A DNA stretch of 64,000 nucleotides from Nocardioides sp. (GTDB taxonomy: Bacteria > Actinomycetota > Actinomycetes > Propionibacteriales > Nocardioidaceae). The position numbers and the translations under genes are program-made. The stretch lies in contig JBDHZS010000001.1 of assembly GCA_039812025.1 (NCBI GenBank), positions 1,429 to 65,428 on the forward strand, written 5' to 3'. The notes below the pieces were generated by a model that made no database searches, was not told the DNA's origin, and saw only the letters and a list, made by a program, of their open reading frames with translations. Shown here piece by piece: positions 45,401 to 57,997 of this stretch. How positions within the stretch are numbered: the first letter of the stretch is position 1; the number at the start of each line of letters is the position of its first letter.

Positions 45401-45998
45401 TGCGTCTGAGTCGTTCGGCCCGCTCACCGCCGAACTGCGCCGAGCCGAGGCCAACCACCACGACGTCGGCCGACTTCTGCCGGCCCTCGTGAAGCGGCGT
45501 TCGCTGGATGACGCCGAGGACATCGGAGCCGTCCTTATCAGCCGACTCCAGAAGGCCGCTCAGCCGAAGCACGGCAGGCATCGACCGTCCCCGAAGCTGG
45601 TCGTCGGGCTGATCCCCGTCGCCGACGGCCCGATGAGCGAGCCGATGTCCAAGGCGCTCGGCGAACTAACGGACCTCATGGAAGGACGGGCGATGGCGCT
45701 CGCCGAGAAGGCAGTAGAGGACGGGGCACCGTGGCTGAAGCGGCTGGGCGCCCCTCCAACGACCGAGGCTGCGCGGCGCCAGTGGCTCCACGAGGTGCGG
45801 ACGGTCGCTGCCTACCGCGACCGATACAAGGTGGACGGGCGCAGGGTTCTCGGGGAGCCGAGGAACGTCGCGCAGAAGCTCGACGCTGCCCGCGCAGAGC
45901 AGGCGATCCGACGCGCCCGGGCGATCTCCGAGGAGGCCGCCTCCAGACAGGACGGGCGCAGCCACACGGTCGAGCAGCAGGGACGCGCGCTCGCGTAG
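42471..45998 (+). CDS. MOBF (TrwC/TraI-like) relaxase-helicase
   Basis: GYDYL and TRYY tyrosines, DFTFSVPKSVS, HWDSRLGDPQLHTH, GPAGAGKTT, IIDEA, YAVTAHRAQG, YVSMTRG. Confidence 0.96.
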   Translation: MTVSMKAIRAGRGYDYLLKSVVRGDANMTDPNPVTRYYTEEGTPPGRWMGSALHAFGNGEIKRGDTVTPRQLQALIGAGLDPVTGEKLGRAFPTFAPLQQRMADRAAELPAGLTDEQRKGALAQIKAEESRKASSGIAGYDFTFSVPKSVSALWGVADAGTQALIVEAHHQAVAEVLDFMEREVVATRRGVAAGDGAVMQADVIGVAATAYDHWDSRLGDPQLHTHVVISNKVKTTEDGRWRSLDGRPLFEANVPVSEYYNAVLADRMTRLFGIEWEQRARGADRNRAWELVPVPEALIREFSGRTSHIEREKERLIAEYVEKTGHRPSSAKIIQLRATATLATRPEKEIRSLFDLTTAWRGRAEKILGTGAVEWAKKVTARPIARPTLRADDVPLDVIGEVSVSVVGVVEEKRSTWRHWNLWAEASRQTMGWRFASAEDREVVVGMIVEAAKQESFTITPPELVTVPETFRRADGTSRFRPRHSVVFTSETLLAAEDRLLQRSEAMTAPEVSLDVIERVTQKEHLLSAEQSETLASIAVSGRQVDLLVGPAGAGKTTAMHALKTAWIKDHGKGSVVGLAPSAVAAQVLADDLGIGCENTAKWLHEHDRGRARFRKGQLVIIDEATLAGTLTLDRLTALAAEAGAKVLLVGDWAQLQSVDAGGAFSLMASARPDTPELTEVHRFTHEWEKTASLDLRFGRAEVISTYVANARVQEGTTDEMMDAAYLAWAADVQEGRTSILVAEATDMVTRLNQRARADRIVANPVGDIEVNLADGTQASEGDLIITRHNDRRLHTPRGGWVRNGDRWTVTRVHKDGSMQVQRLGVDFGGTVTLPAAYVAEHVDLGYAVTAHRAQGMTVDTSHVVVTGSTTRENFYVSMTRGHDSNIAYVALDKPDEGHAPPEPDEVNAHTVLYGVLRHIGGELSAHQMIAAEQERWTSIAQLGAEYETIGAVAQRDRWMQTIRNSGLSEAQVEEVLASESFGPLTAELRRAEANHHDVGRLLPALVKRRSLDDAEDIGAVLISRLQKAAQPKHGRHRPSPKLVVGLIPVADGPMSEPMSKALGELTDLMEGRAMALAEKAVEDGAPWLKRLGAPPTTEAARRQWLHEVRTVAAYRDRYKVDGRRVLGEPRNVAQKLDAARAEQAIRRARAISEEAASRQDGRSHTVEQQGRALA

Positions 45999-46061
45999 CC
46001 GTACACAGCGGCAGTTCGCGCTGGGTTATCCCCAGGAGGGCGACTGTGCGCCCGTCCTGTC
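45946..46061. repeat. 15-bp inverted repeat spanning the relaxase stop codon
   Basis: GACAGGACGGGCGCA (45946-45960) and TGCGCCCGTCCTGTC (46047-46061). Confidence 0.65.
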
Positions 46062-46109
46062 GGACCGCGGGCGTAGGCAGGAGGGGAGCCACGACCGAAG
46101 GAGACCCTC

Positions 46110-46451
46110 ATGCTCACCGCACTCTGGCACCTCAGCGCCGCGATCCGCGGCTACCTCCGCTTCTACATGCCCACCAACCGTGCAGTCGACTGGTTGCGCT
46201 CACCACGCGGCCTCAAGTGGGCGATCCCGGTCGCCCTCCTCGCTACGCCCGCCTACCTCGGCCTGACGGCGCTCGCCATCCAGTTCGCCGCCAGACCCGG
46301 CCTCGGCTTCCTCAACGTGCTGGTGTTCTTGTTCTTCTGGAACGCGGCAAAGTTCGCCTGGATGGCCCTGCTCTCACCCCTGCTCATGGTCAAGGGCGCT
46401 GCAACCCGCCACCAGAAGCGCCGGATCGCTCAGTCGCTTGCGTCGGCCTGA
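46110..46451 (+). CDS. Small membrane protein
   Basis: GAAGGAG RBS, two TM segments. Confidence 0.8.
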   Translation: MLTALWHLSAAIRGYLRFYMPTNRAVDWLRSPRGLKWAIPVALLATPAYLGLTALAIQFAARPGLGFLNVLVFLFFWNAAKFAWMALLSPLLMVKGAATRHQKRRIAQSLASA

Positions 46452-49400
46452 CCGAAGAGTCGCTCGCGCTCGGCAGCAACCACGAGACGAGCCAGCTCAG
46501 CGTCGGTGACGTCAACAGCATCGGGCGCCTGCGCCGCGATCACGCTGTCGCGCGCGAACTCGTCGAAGAGTTGCTTCTTGTCGGCAAGGATCTCCCTGAT
46601 TCGCTCGTCCACGCTGTTCTCGCTCAGCAAACGATGCACCTGGACGGTGCTCGTCTGGCCCATCCGGTGCGCCCGCGCGATGGCCTGCGCCTCCATCGTG
46701 GGTTTCAACTGTGGCTCGCAGATGACAACGACCGAAGCCGACTGAATGTTGAGACCAACCCCTCCAGCCGTGATCTGAGCAACCAGGACTGCACCGTGCC
46801 CAGCAGCGGAGAACTTGTCCACAAGCGTCTGACGGTCCTTGGCCGGGAGAGAACCCGTCAGAGGGCCAAAGACTTCGCCAGGCAGGAGCCGCGCGACCTC
46901 GCTCAGGACTTCGCGGAAGTAGGAAAACACGATGACCTTGCGGCCGTTCGACTCCGCTTCCTCGACGATCTCCAGGAGACGCTCCACCTTGAGCGACCGA
47001 GACGACAACATCGCCGCGCGGCGCATCAACATGAAGTGCCCCTCCTGCACCGCGCCGCGGTATGACTGCTCGTCGGCGTCCGACATGCCCATCCACTCGT
47101 CGATCTCGACCAGTTCGGGAAGCTCCGTGAGCACGTCCTCTTGATTGCGACGGAGGTAGGCGGGCGCGACATGCTTGCGGAACTTTGACGCCAAGAACTC
47201 CGGTGCCGACTCCGACAGGTCGGAGCGGATGTAGCCAATCAGGTTGCGAAACTCCTGAACGCTGTTCTCAAGCGGGGTGCCAGTCATGAGGACGACGTAC
47301 TTGAGCGCATCCATGACTTCGGCCGCAGCGAGCGATCGCTTGGCGTTGGGATTCTTGATGTAGTGCGCCTCGTCGAAGACTGCTGAGGCGACTTCAACGT
47401 TGTTGATGTGCTCTTGCGCCCACGGCAGCAGGTCGTACGTCGTCACGGCAACGCCGCCGTTGCGAATCCACGACTTCGCCGCGTAGTTGCGATCCCAGAG
47501 TGGGCCGTGGAGTCGAGAGGCGCTGAGCTTCGTGTGCTTCGCGGTCTCGCGAATCCAGTTGCTGACAACCGCGGCGGGGCAGACCACGAGAAAGTGGGAG
47601 TGCCCGGTTGCCCGCAGGTGGGTGAAGATGGCGAGGGCCTCCACAGTCTTGCCAAGGCCCATCTCGTCGCCGATGACGACCTTTTCCTGTACGAGGGCAA
47701 ACCTGGCGCCGAAACTCTGATAGGTGCGGAGCGACGCAGTCAGGTAGTCGCGCTTCAGCTCCTTCGCGCGCACGGCTTCGATGATCTCTTCGGGGAGGTC
47801 ACCGTGCATCTTCTTCTCGTCCTCGGTGACGAACCCGAGTTCGGCCAGCATCCCGAAGTAGTCGGAGGGGCGGGACAAGAAGTCGGTCCAGACATCGCCA
47901 TCCGTGCTGGCGGGCGTGCTGCGTTTCAGCGCGTCGGCAAGGGTCTCGACGACGTGGCCGCCAGCAGGGCTCGGACTGCGGTTGAAGGTGATGACTGCTT
48001 CGGCGGACCGGTTGGCTTTGAAGAGAGCTTCGAGCCCCTTCGCCAGGGCGACTTCTTCCTTGCTCGGGTCGAACCTTCGGGCGGCATCCCACTGACGAAG
48101 TGCATCGAGGAGTGCCTCGGTCTTCTTGGACCGGCGCTTCACGTCGATCCGGACCGGAGTCTCATCGCGGACAGCTTCAAGGAGTCGGAGCGATGCCTGA
48201 GTGATGGCTTTCGCCGAGGTCTCGCCCAGGCCCGAGAGCGACGCGAGGAGATACTTCTCTTGGAACTTGAGCACGTCCCAGACGTTGTGTAGGTCGTACG
48301 CCTCCAACGGAGCGGTGCGGAAGCGCTCCGTGTTGGTCGACGCCTTGCGCAGCGCATCGAGGTCCATCGCCTTGAGTGCGTTAGCGACGTCGTTTGCCTG
48401 GACGTCCTCGGCGGCCTTGCGGGCGCGAGAGGCGGCGTCTCTTGCCGCCTTCGCAGCGTTGATGATCGACCCAGCTCCGGCGTTTGCCCGTTTCGTCAGC
48501 GCTACGTCGATGAGTTCGACATTCGACGTCCCGCTTGGGAGGTAGGACTGAAACGCCAGCGACGGGTCGAGGAGGCGCCCCAACTCGGCACGCCCCGTGA
48601 CTGCTGGAGGCGCGAGCTTCTGAATGGTGGCTTCAGCCTCCGTTGCAGTGGCCAACAGGTCGGCGGTCGCGTCGTGCCCGGCGATGCACCGCCCGTCGCG
48701 CGCGCAATGCCAGTCGCTGTTGAACAGCGGTGTGATCCGTTCCTTGACGTTCTTCGCCAAGGCCGTCGCCTCGGCCAGCGCAGCCTCGTCGGCCGGGGTG
48801 AGGACGAAGGTGGCGAGGAGTTCCAGGTTGGGGATCAGGTCCGCGTCGTTGGATGCCAACGGAGCCAGACAGACTGTGCCGTCGGCCTTGACCTCGATTA
48901 CCGCGGCGAGCGCCTTCTTGACGGTTGCTTCGACATTTCGGAGGGCCTTGGTGCGAACCTCACGGATTTCCTGCACCCGGCCGGGCCACCGCTCGGACTG
49001 CTCCCGAAGCGTCCGGACACGTCCTCGCTCAGCGACGAGTTGGGCGTCGGCCCGTTTCCGAGCTGCCGAGATCGTTGCGTTCAGACTCGCTGCCGTTGCC
49101 TCGCGCTCGACGTCCCGCAGGAGCCGCGCCGAGGTATGCGAGGTCTCGCACGAGCCGGCGCTGCACACCGCCGGGTCGAGCAGGTGTTGTCCCAAGGGCG
49201 CATGTGCGTCAACGACCTGGATCAGCGACCGCATCGCGGTGTCCTCTGTGGACGTCAATACCCCGGACCGAGTGACGGGCATGTGGACCGCGTCGAGAAG
49301 GAGATCGGCCGAATCCTTCCGCAAGGCACCGAGGCTGCCGAGCACCTTGGAGAGTTCGTCGCGCTCCGTGGCTGACTGGCCGACCAGCCGGGTGTGGAGT

Positions 49401-49717
49401 GCAGCCAGGGCTGTGTCCGAGTCGGCAGCCTTGACCTGGCCGTGGAACGTCGCGAGGCGCGCCGATGCCTCGTGTGCCGGTTGGAGCTTCTTCCGGCCGT
49501 CGAACCACAGCGTCTTGGCGAGATGAGCAGCGGTATCCAGGTCGCCGGAGGCAGCGACCTGACTCAACGAGTCGAGCAGCGACAGCTCCGCCACGGGATC
49601 GACGCCGGTCGAAAGTGGGAGGTGTTCTGCGAACTGTCGGACCTCTTGGGCAGTATTGACCCAGGCGCGGACGTCGTCGATGACCGCGCCAAGTTGTTGC
49701 CGTTCGGCGCGCTTCAT
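46430..49717 (-). CDS. SNF2-family helicase with long N-terminal extension
   Basis: GDEMGLGKT, DEAHYIKN, TGTPLEN, GVGLN, QAIARAHRMGQ. Confidence 0.93.
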   Translation of the reverse strand: MKRAERQQLGAVIDDVRAWVNTAQEVRQFAEHLPLSTGVDPVAELSLLDSLSQVAASGDLDTAAHLAKTLWFDGRKKLQPAHEASARLATFHGQVKAADSDTALAALHTRLVGQSATERDELSKVLGSLGALRKDSADLLLDAVHMPVTRSGVLTSTEDTAMRSLIQVVDAHAPLGQHLLDPAVCSAGSCETSHTSARLLRDVEREATAASLNATISAARKRADAQLVAERGRVRTLREQSERWPGRVQEIREVRTKALRNVEATVKKALAAVIEVKADGTVCLAPLASNDADLIPNLELLATFVLTPADEAALAEATALAKNVKERITPLFNSDWHCARDGRCIAGHDATADLLATATEAEATIQKLAPPAVTGRAELGRLLDPSLAFQSYLPSGTSNVELIDVALTKRANAGAGSIINAAKAARDAASRARKAAEDVQANDVANALKAMDLDALRKASTNTERFRTAPLEAYDLHNVWDVLKFQEKYLLASLSGLGETSAKAITQASLRLLEAVRDETPVRIDVKRRSKKTEALLDALRQWDAARRFDPSKEEVALAKGLEALFKANRSAEAVITFNRSPSPAGGHVVETLADALKRSTPASTDGDVWTDFLSRPSDYFGMLAELGFVTEDEKKMHGDLPEEIIEAVRAKELKRDYLTASLRTYQSFGARFALVQEKVVIGDEMGLGKTVEALAIFTHLRATGHSHFLVVCPAAVVSNWIRETAKHTKLSASRLHGPLWDRNYAAKSWIRNGGVAVTTYDLLPWAQEHINNVEVASAVFDEAHYIKNPNAKRSLAAAEVMDALKYVVLMTGTPLENSVQEFRNLIGYIRSDLSESAPEFLASKFRKHVAPAYLRRNQEDVLTELPELVEIDEWMGMSDADEQSYRGAVQEGHFMLMRRAAMLSSRSLKVERLLEIVEEAESNGRKVIVFSYFREVLSEVARLLPGEVFGPLTGSLPAKDRQTLVDKFSAAGHGAVLVAQITAGGVGLNIQSASVVVICEPQLKPTMEAQAIARAHRMGQTSTVQVHRLLSENSVDERIREILADKKQLFDEFARDSVIAAQAPDAVDVTDAELARLVVAAERERLFGQADASD

Positions 49718-49817
49718 CGGTCTCCCCTTGGCTGTGCGTGTCAAGCCTAGGGGGAACCTCCGACACTTGTCGGCGGGTTCCGGTAACGTCGTTCGACTCG
49801 GCCAAGAGAGGAGAGCC

Positions 49818-52800
49818 ATGAAGCTGGAGGAGTTGGCCTCGGGGTTGCGACTGACCGGGGTCGTGCCCCACGAGGTCGTGCAGGTCATCTTTGCCCAGCC
49901 TCACGGCGCCGACGCGGTCGAGATCACCTACAAGACCTCGGGCGGCGATCTGGGGCAGCGCGTCGTATTTCGTCGCGACGAGGAGACGCTCGCCGTGTCC
50001 ACCTCGGGGAGCCGTCCGTTCGATGCTTCGGCAACTGACTTCAAGACCGTCGCCGAGGCCCAGCGCATCAAGCTGGCCGGCCTCTACGACCCCATGCTCG
50101 CGGTTGCAACCAGTGATGTGCAGCCGCTCCCGCACCAGATCCGCGCGGTCTACGGCGAGTTGCTCCCGCGCACGCCGCTCCGGTTCCTCCTTGCCGACGA
50201 CCCCGGCGCAGGCAAGACGATCATGGCGGGCCTCTTCATCAAGGAACTGATCCTTCGTGAAGACGTCCAACGCTGCCTGATCGTCGCTCCTGGTGGCCTG
50301 GTCGAGCAGTGGCAGGACGAGCTCTTCTTCAAGTTCGGGCTCTCCTTCGAGATCCTCACGACGCAGATGATCGACGCCAGCGTCCACCACAACATCTTCG
50401 AGAACCACCATCTGCTCATCACCCGGATGGATCAGCTCGCCCGCAACGAGGATCTCCAGCGGCAGCTCAAGGACTCCCATTGGGACCTAGCGATCGTCGA
50501 TGAGGCGCACCGCATGGGTGCCCACTACTTCGGCAACAAGCTGGAGAAGACCAAGCGCTTCCAACTCGGCGAGATGCTGGGCGAGGTCGCACGCCACTTC
50601 CTCCTGATGACCGCCACCCCGCACTCGGGCAAGGAGGAGGACTTCCAGCTCTTCCTGAGCCTGCTCGACAAGGACCGATTCGCCGGCAAGAACGCCTCGT
50701 CGGTCGACACCAGCGACATCATGCGGCGCATGGTCAAGGAGGACCTGCTCACCTTCGAGGGCCGCAAACTCTTCCCCGAACGGGTCGCCGAGTCGATCCC
50801 ATACGAGCTGACCGAGTTGGAGAACGACCTCTACGAACAGGTCACCGACTACGTCCGCAACGGCATGAACCGAGCCGCCAAACTCGACGGCAAGCGCCGC
50901 AACACCGTCGGCTTCGCTCTCACAGTCCTACAGCGCCGACTCGCGTCCAGCCCCGAGGCGATCTACCGCAGCCTCGTACGTCGCGCCGAGCGCCTCGAAC
51001 TCACCAAGAAGGGCATCGAGAACGGCACGTACCGCGAGGGCCGCGACGTCCTGCGCGGGGACCGCTACAAGTACGCCGTGGAATCCATCGATGACGACGA
51101 GATGTCGGCCGAAGACCTGGAGGACTTCGAGGAGAACGTCGTCGACGCCGCCACCGCCGCCGAGACGATCGCCGAGCTCGAAGCCGAGATCCTCGAACTC
51201 AACGACCTCGCGAAGGTGGCACGAGATGTCCGTGACCGTGGCGATGACAAGAAGTGGTCAGAACTCAGCCTGATCCTCCAGGACAACGTCATCCCACTCG
51301 ACTCCAACGGCAAACCCCGCAAGCTCATCATCTTCACCGAGCACCGCGACACCCTGAACTACCTGAGTGACCGCATCAAGGCACTGGTGGGGCGTCCGGA
51401 GGCTGTCGTGGCGATCCACGGTGGCGTGCGCCGCAACGACAGGCGGGCGATCACCGAGGAGTTCACCAAGAACCCGGACACCCAGATCATGCTGGCCACC
51501 GACGCCGCCGGTGAGGGTCTCAACCTGCAAGCCGCGCACCTGATGGTCAACTACGACCTCCCGTGGAACCCGAACCGCATCGAACAGCGCTTCGGCCGCA
51601 TCCATCGCATCGGCCAGGAAGAGGTCTGCCGACTCTGGAACATTGTCGCCGCCAACACCCGCGAGGGTGAGGTCTTCACCGCCCTGCTCAACAAAATTGA
51701 GGAGCAGCGCAAGGCGTACGGCGGCAAGGTCTTCGACGTCCTCGGCGCAGCCTTCTCCGAGACCCCGCTGCGCGAACTACTGATCGAAGCGATCCGTTAC
51801 GGCGAACTGCCTGAGACCAAGGCCCGCATGCACCAGGTCATCGACCAAAGTGTGTCCGACGGGCTGGAAGAACTGCTCAACGAACGCGCCCTAGCCAGCG
51901 AGCACATCACCGACACCGACCTGGCACGGCTTCGGGCGGCGATGGACGAGGCCCGCTCCCGCCGCCTCCAGCCGCACTACATCGAGCTTGCCTTCAAGGA
52001 GGCCTTCACCCGATTCGGCGGCAAGATGGCCAAGCGGGAGAAGGGACGCTACGAGATCAGCAACGTCCCCGCCGTCCTCCGCAACGGCAAGTACGGCCCG
52101 ATTGCCACTCGCTACGACCGAGTCACGTTTGACCTCGACGCAGTGCACCCCGACGGTCTCGCCCGCGCCGACCTGCTCGCGCCGGGCCACCCGCTCCACG
52201 ACTCCGTGATGGAGCAAGCTGTGACCACTCTGGCCGGAGTCCTCAACCGAGGCACAGTGCTGGTCTCGGGCACGATCGACGCGCCCAGACTCCTCGTCGG
52301 TGTGGTCGAAGAGGTGGTCGACTCGACCGGGTCGTCAGTCGCGCGACGCTTCGGATACGCCTACGCCGACGAGGACGGCACCGTTACCGACGCTGGCCCT
52401 GCGCCCTATCTTGACTGCGTCGCGGCCCCGGACACTCCCGCGACCCAGCAGGCCAAGGCGCTGCCGTGGCTCCGTGATGCCGAGACCAAGGCAGTGAGCT
52501 GGATCATCGAACACCAGCTTCCCGGCTACCTCGCCGAGGTGCAGCCGCGCCGCTCGGCCGAACTGGAGAAGCAGCGCGCCCTCGTGCAGGCCCGCCTCAA
52601 GCACGAGAGCGAACGACTCATCTTCGACGCGATGGCTGCCTCAGAGAAGGAGTTGGTCGGCGACAAGCCAAAGGAGTCCTCGGAGAGCCTCACTCGGAAG
52701 GCGAACGACCTCCAAGTCCGGCTCGACCGCCGTCTCGAACTCATCGACCAGCAGGCGCAGATGTCGACCAAGCCTCCACTCGTGGTCGCTGCGGCGCTCG

Positions 52801-53252
52801 TGCTGCCTGTCGCGCTCCTCGACGCCGATCTTCCGGCCGAGGCCCCGATCCGCGCCAAGGAGACAAAGACCGTCGAGCGACGCGGCGTCGAACTCGTGCT
52901 CGCCCACGAGCGAGCCATCGGCCGCGTGCCCGAAGAGCAAGCCTTCAACAACCCAGGCTACGACATCCTCTCAACGGACCCGGCGAACGGCGACACCTTC
53001 CGCATCGAGGTCAAGGCGCGTCTCGCAGGTGCTGCCGACTTCTGGGTCACCCACAACGAGGTCATCACAGGCAAGAACGCGGCCCCGAAGTACCGGCTTG
53101 CGCTCGTCAAGGTCGACCCGGATGGTCCTTCGAAGGACGAGGTCCGTTACATCGACGACCCCTTCGCGAACGTCGACATGGGCGACTTCGAGGCAACTGG
53201 TCACAAGGGCGACTGGGCCAAGAGTTGGGCGAAGGGGAAGGTGCCCTTCTAA
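49818..53252 (+). CDS. SNF2 helicase with C-terminal DUF3883-type nuclease domain
   Basis: LADDPGAGKT, DEAH, TATPH, EGLNLQ, QRFGRIHRIGQ; GYDI...IEVK...THNE. Confidence 0.93.
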   Translation: MKLEELASGLRLTGVVPHEVVQVIFAQPHGADAVEITYKTSGGDLGQRVVFRRDEETLAVSTSGSRPFDASATDFKTVAEAQRIKLAGLYDPMLAVATSDVQPLPHQIRAVYGELLPRTPLRFLLADDPGAGKTIMAGLFIKELILREDVQRCLIVAPGGLVEQWQDELFFKFGLSFEILTTQMIDASVHHNIFENHHLLITRMDQLARNEDLQRQLKDSHWDLAIVDEAHRMGAHYFGNKLEKTKRFQLGEMLGEVARHFLLMTATPHSGKEEDFQLFLSLLDKDRFAGKNASSVDTSDIMRRMVKEDLLTFEGRKLFPERVAESIPYELTELENDLYEQVTDYVRNGMNRAAKLDGKRRNTVGFALTVLQRRLASSPEAIYRSLVRRAERLELTKKGIENGTYREGRDVLRGDRYKYAVESIDDDEMSAEDLEDFEENVVDAATAAETIAELEAEILELNDLAKVARDVRDRGDDKKWSELSLILQDNVIPLDSNGKPRKLIIFTEHRDTLNYLSDRIKALVGRPEAVVAIHGGVRRNDRRAITEEFTKNPDTQIMLATDAAGEGLNLQAAHLMVNYDLPWNPNRIEQRFGRIHRIGQEEVCRLWNIVAANTREGEVFTALLNKIEEQRKAYGGKVFDVLGAAFSETPLRELLIEAIRYGELPETKARMHQVIDQSVSDGLEELLNERALASEHITDTDLARLRAAMDEARSRRLQPHYIELAFKEAFTRFGGKMAKREKGRYEISNVPAVLRNGKYGPIATRYDRVTFDLDAVHPDGLARADLLAPGHPLHDSVMEQAVTTLAGVLNRGTVLVSGTIDAPRLLVGVVEEVVDSTGSSVARRFGYAYADEDGTVTDAGPAPYLDCVAAPDTPATQQAKALPWLRDAETKAVSWIIEHQLPGYLAEVQPRRSAELEKQRALVQARLKHESERLIFDAMAASEKELVGDKPKESSESLTRKANDLQVRLDRRLELIDQQAQMSTKPPLVVAAALVLPVALLDADLPAEAPIRAKETKTVERRGVELVLAHERAIGRVPEEQAFNNPGYDILSTDPANGDTFRIEVKARLAGAADFWVTHNEVITGKNAAPKYRLALVKVDPDGPSKDEVRYIDDPFANVDMGDFEATGHKGDWAKSWAKGKVPF

Positions 53253-54109
53253 TGGCCAAAGACGACGATCACCCCCGCCTGCCTCCGACGGAGGCAACGA
53301 TCAAGGTGCTGTTCGCGCTATCGGGAAACCGTTGCGCCTTTCCTGGTTGCTCGCACTCGCTCGTGAACGACAGCGGTCAGGTTGTGTCCCAGGTTGCTCA
53401 CATCAAAGGCGTGAAGCCCAAGGCAGCGCGGTTCGACCCTGACGCCGATGCCGAGGACCTTCGGCAGCCCGAGAATCTGGTGATCCTCTGCTACGAGCAC
53501 CACATTGCTTCCGACGACGCAACCATCTACACGGTCGAGAGGATGCGAGAGATCAAGCGCGCCCACGAGGCGCGCTTCGGCGGCGTTGTGACAGGACTTC
53601 GGGGCTCAGTCGAAGACGCGACGAAAGCCACCGCTGTCAAGGTCCCCGAGACACTCGATGCTTACGCACGCGCGAATGACCTCGACGTAGCGGGGGATGC
53701 GGAGCACCTTCAGTCCTTTCGGCGCGAGCTTGTGTCCTTTCTTAACATCGCAACAAGACTGACGCCCGACATCCGCACGGTCTGGAGTGCGATCGTGGAC
53801 AGGGGTACGGAGTCCGGCGAGAGTGTCTTCGAGGTGACGCTGCCGGAGCTTGAGCAGGTCCTGAATCTTCGGGCCAACGAACTCGGTGATCTGCTCTCGG
53901 TTCTGACTCGATACGAGTTGGTCGAGATCTTTGATGACGAAAGCCGGGAGGGCTACTTCTCGTCGGTCCTTTGGGTATCGACTCGACCAACTCGCGATGA
54001 TCGTGGCCAGCCAACTCCCTTCCTCTCCGACCTGCGGCACGTCGCCCGATCACTTGGAACGCCAATCGCGACCTTGGTCGTCGATCTCGACTGGTCGTCC
54101 TTTGCGTAG
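53252..54109 (+). CDS. HNH endonuclease-domain protein
   Basis: LFALSGNRCAFPGC...AHI...ENLVILCYEHH..D; start overlaps the helicase stop. Confidence 0.85.
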   Translation: MAKDDDHPRLPPTEATIKVLFALSGNRCAFPGCSHSLVNDSGQVVSQVAHIKGVKPKAARFDPDADAEDLRQPENLVILCYEHHIASDDATIYTVERMREIKRAHEARFGGVVTGLRGSVEDATKATAVKVPETLDAYARANDLDVAGDAEHLQSFRRELVSFLNIATRLTPDIRTVWSAIVDRGTESGESVFEVTLPELEQVLNLRANELGDLLSVLTRYELVEIFDDESREGYFSSVLWVSTRPTRDDRGQPTPFLSDLRHVARSLGTPIATLVVDLDWSSFA

Positions 54110-54124
54110 AGCGGCGTAGGGACG

Positions 54125-55084
54125 TCAGTCGTCCTCGTGGAGCCGGACCACGACGACGCCGGCGACGTTGTCGGGCATGTTCGAGGCTAGGTGGTCCTCA
54201 TCCAAGTCTCGGGTCATCGCTTCCAGGACGTAGTCGGGCGGGGCTTGTCGGAGGGGGTCGAGGACATGCTGGAAGTAGTTCAGGTCGAAGTGGCCCATGT
54301 CTTCGGGTAACTCGGCGAAGACCGAACCAAGTCGGTCGCGTCGACCGTCCGAAGTCGCGGGTACGACAATCGGTGCCGCGTGCTGGAAGGTGCTGATTCG
54401 CACGCGCAGCACCCTGTCGATCATCGACCGAGTCACTGCGCGAGTGCCGTCTTGTCGGGTCGCCAGGAAGTCGAGGAGGTCCGGCGTAAGTCGCTTCCGT
54501 AGTTCCGGGATCAGCGGCGCGAGTTTCGGGGACGGTGTCCATAGATCTTCCAGCGCGACCGACTGGTCGTAGGTGTCTGTGGAGTTGTCCGTCACGAACT
54601 CGTCGGCGAGCAGCGCCGGCATCAGGGAGACCGACCGCTTGACGCATTGAAGGCAGCGACCGCTTCGGTGCCTATCCGGGCAAGGCTCCCAACTGCGGTA
54701 GACGCCGGTGCCGAGGTAGAGGGCGTAGACGGGCAGCAGGCCAAGTGCGGCCGAGACGGCCATCAGGGTGCTGCGCTGCGTTCCGGTTCCCTTCGGGTAG
54801 CTGAAGTCGAACTTCCACTTGCTTCCGTTCACGGTGACGCGCTTGGCCTGCACGAGCATCCCGTATGCGCCGCGGGCGTCCACCCACCACCAGATCCAGT
54901 CCGCGCCGCTGAGAGCCTCTGCACGCTGTGAGAAGGGCACGACCGTGACGGCCTTCGCGGCGCGTGAGGTGACCACCTCGGTGATCGAGGTCTCGCCCCA
55001 TCGCAGGAGTGCCTGTTCACAGGCATCCATGTGGCGAACGGCGTGGATGCGCGCCCACCGGAACGCCTCCTCGACCGCTGTCAT
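54125..55084 (-). CDS. Putative PD-(D/E)xK nuclease (DUF6615-like)
   Basis: ETSITE, EALSGADWIWW, MLVQAKR, YALY. Confidence 0.7.
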   Translation of the reverse strand: MTAVEEAFRWARIHAVRHMDACEQALLRWGETSITEVVTSRAAKAVTVVPFSQRAEALSGADWIWWWVDARGAYGMLVQAKRVTVNGSKWKFDFSYPKGTGTQRSTLMAVSAALGLLPVYALYLGTGVYRSWEPCPDRHRSGRCLQCVKRSVSLMPALLADEFVTDNSTDTYDQSVALEDLWTPSPKLAPLIPELRKRLTPDLLDFLATRQDGTRAVTRSMIDRVLRVRISTFQHAAPIVVPATSDGRRDRLGSVFAELPEDMGHFDLNYFQHVLDPLRQAPPDYVLEAMTRDLDEDHLASNMPDNVAGVVVVRLHEDD

Positions 55085-55206
55085 GGAGCAATCGTCGCAC
55101 GGGCAAATCGGACGAACCCGCACGTTGCCCACGGTTCTGTCGGACGTCGCCGATAGATTTAGACCTGAAGTTGCGGCGCTCCGGCGCCGCTTGGTCATGC
55201 CCGGGG

Positions 55207-57996
<2,790 letters not shown>

Positions 57997-57997
57997 C

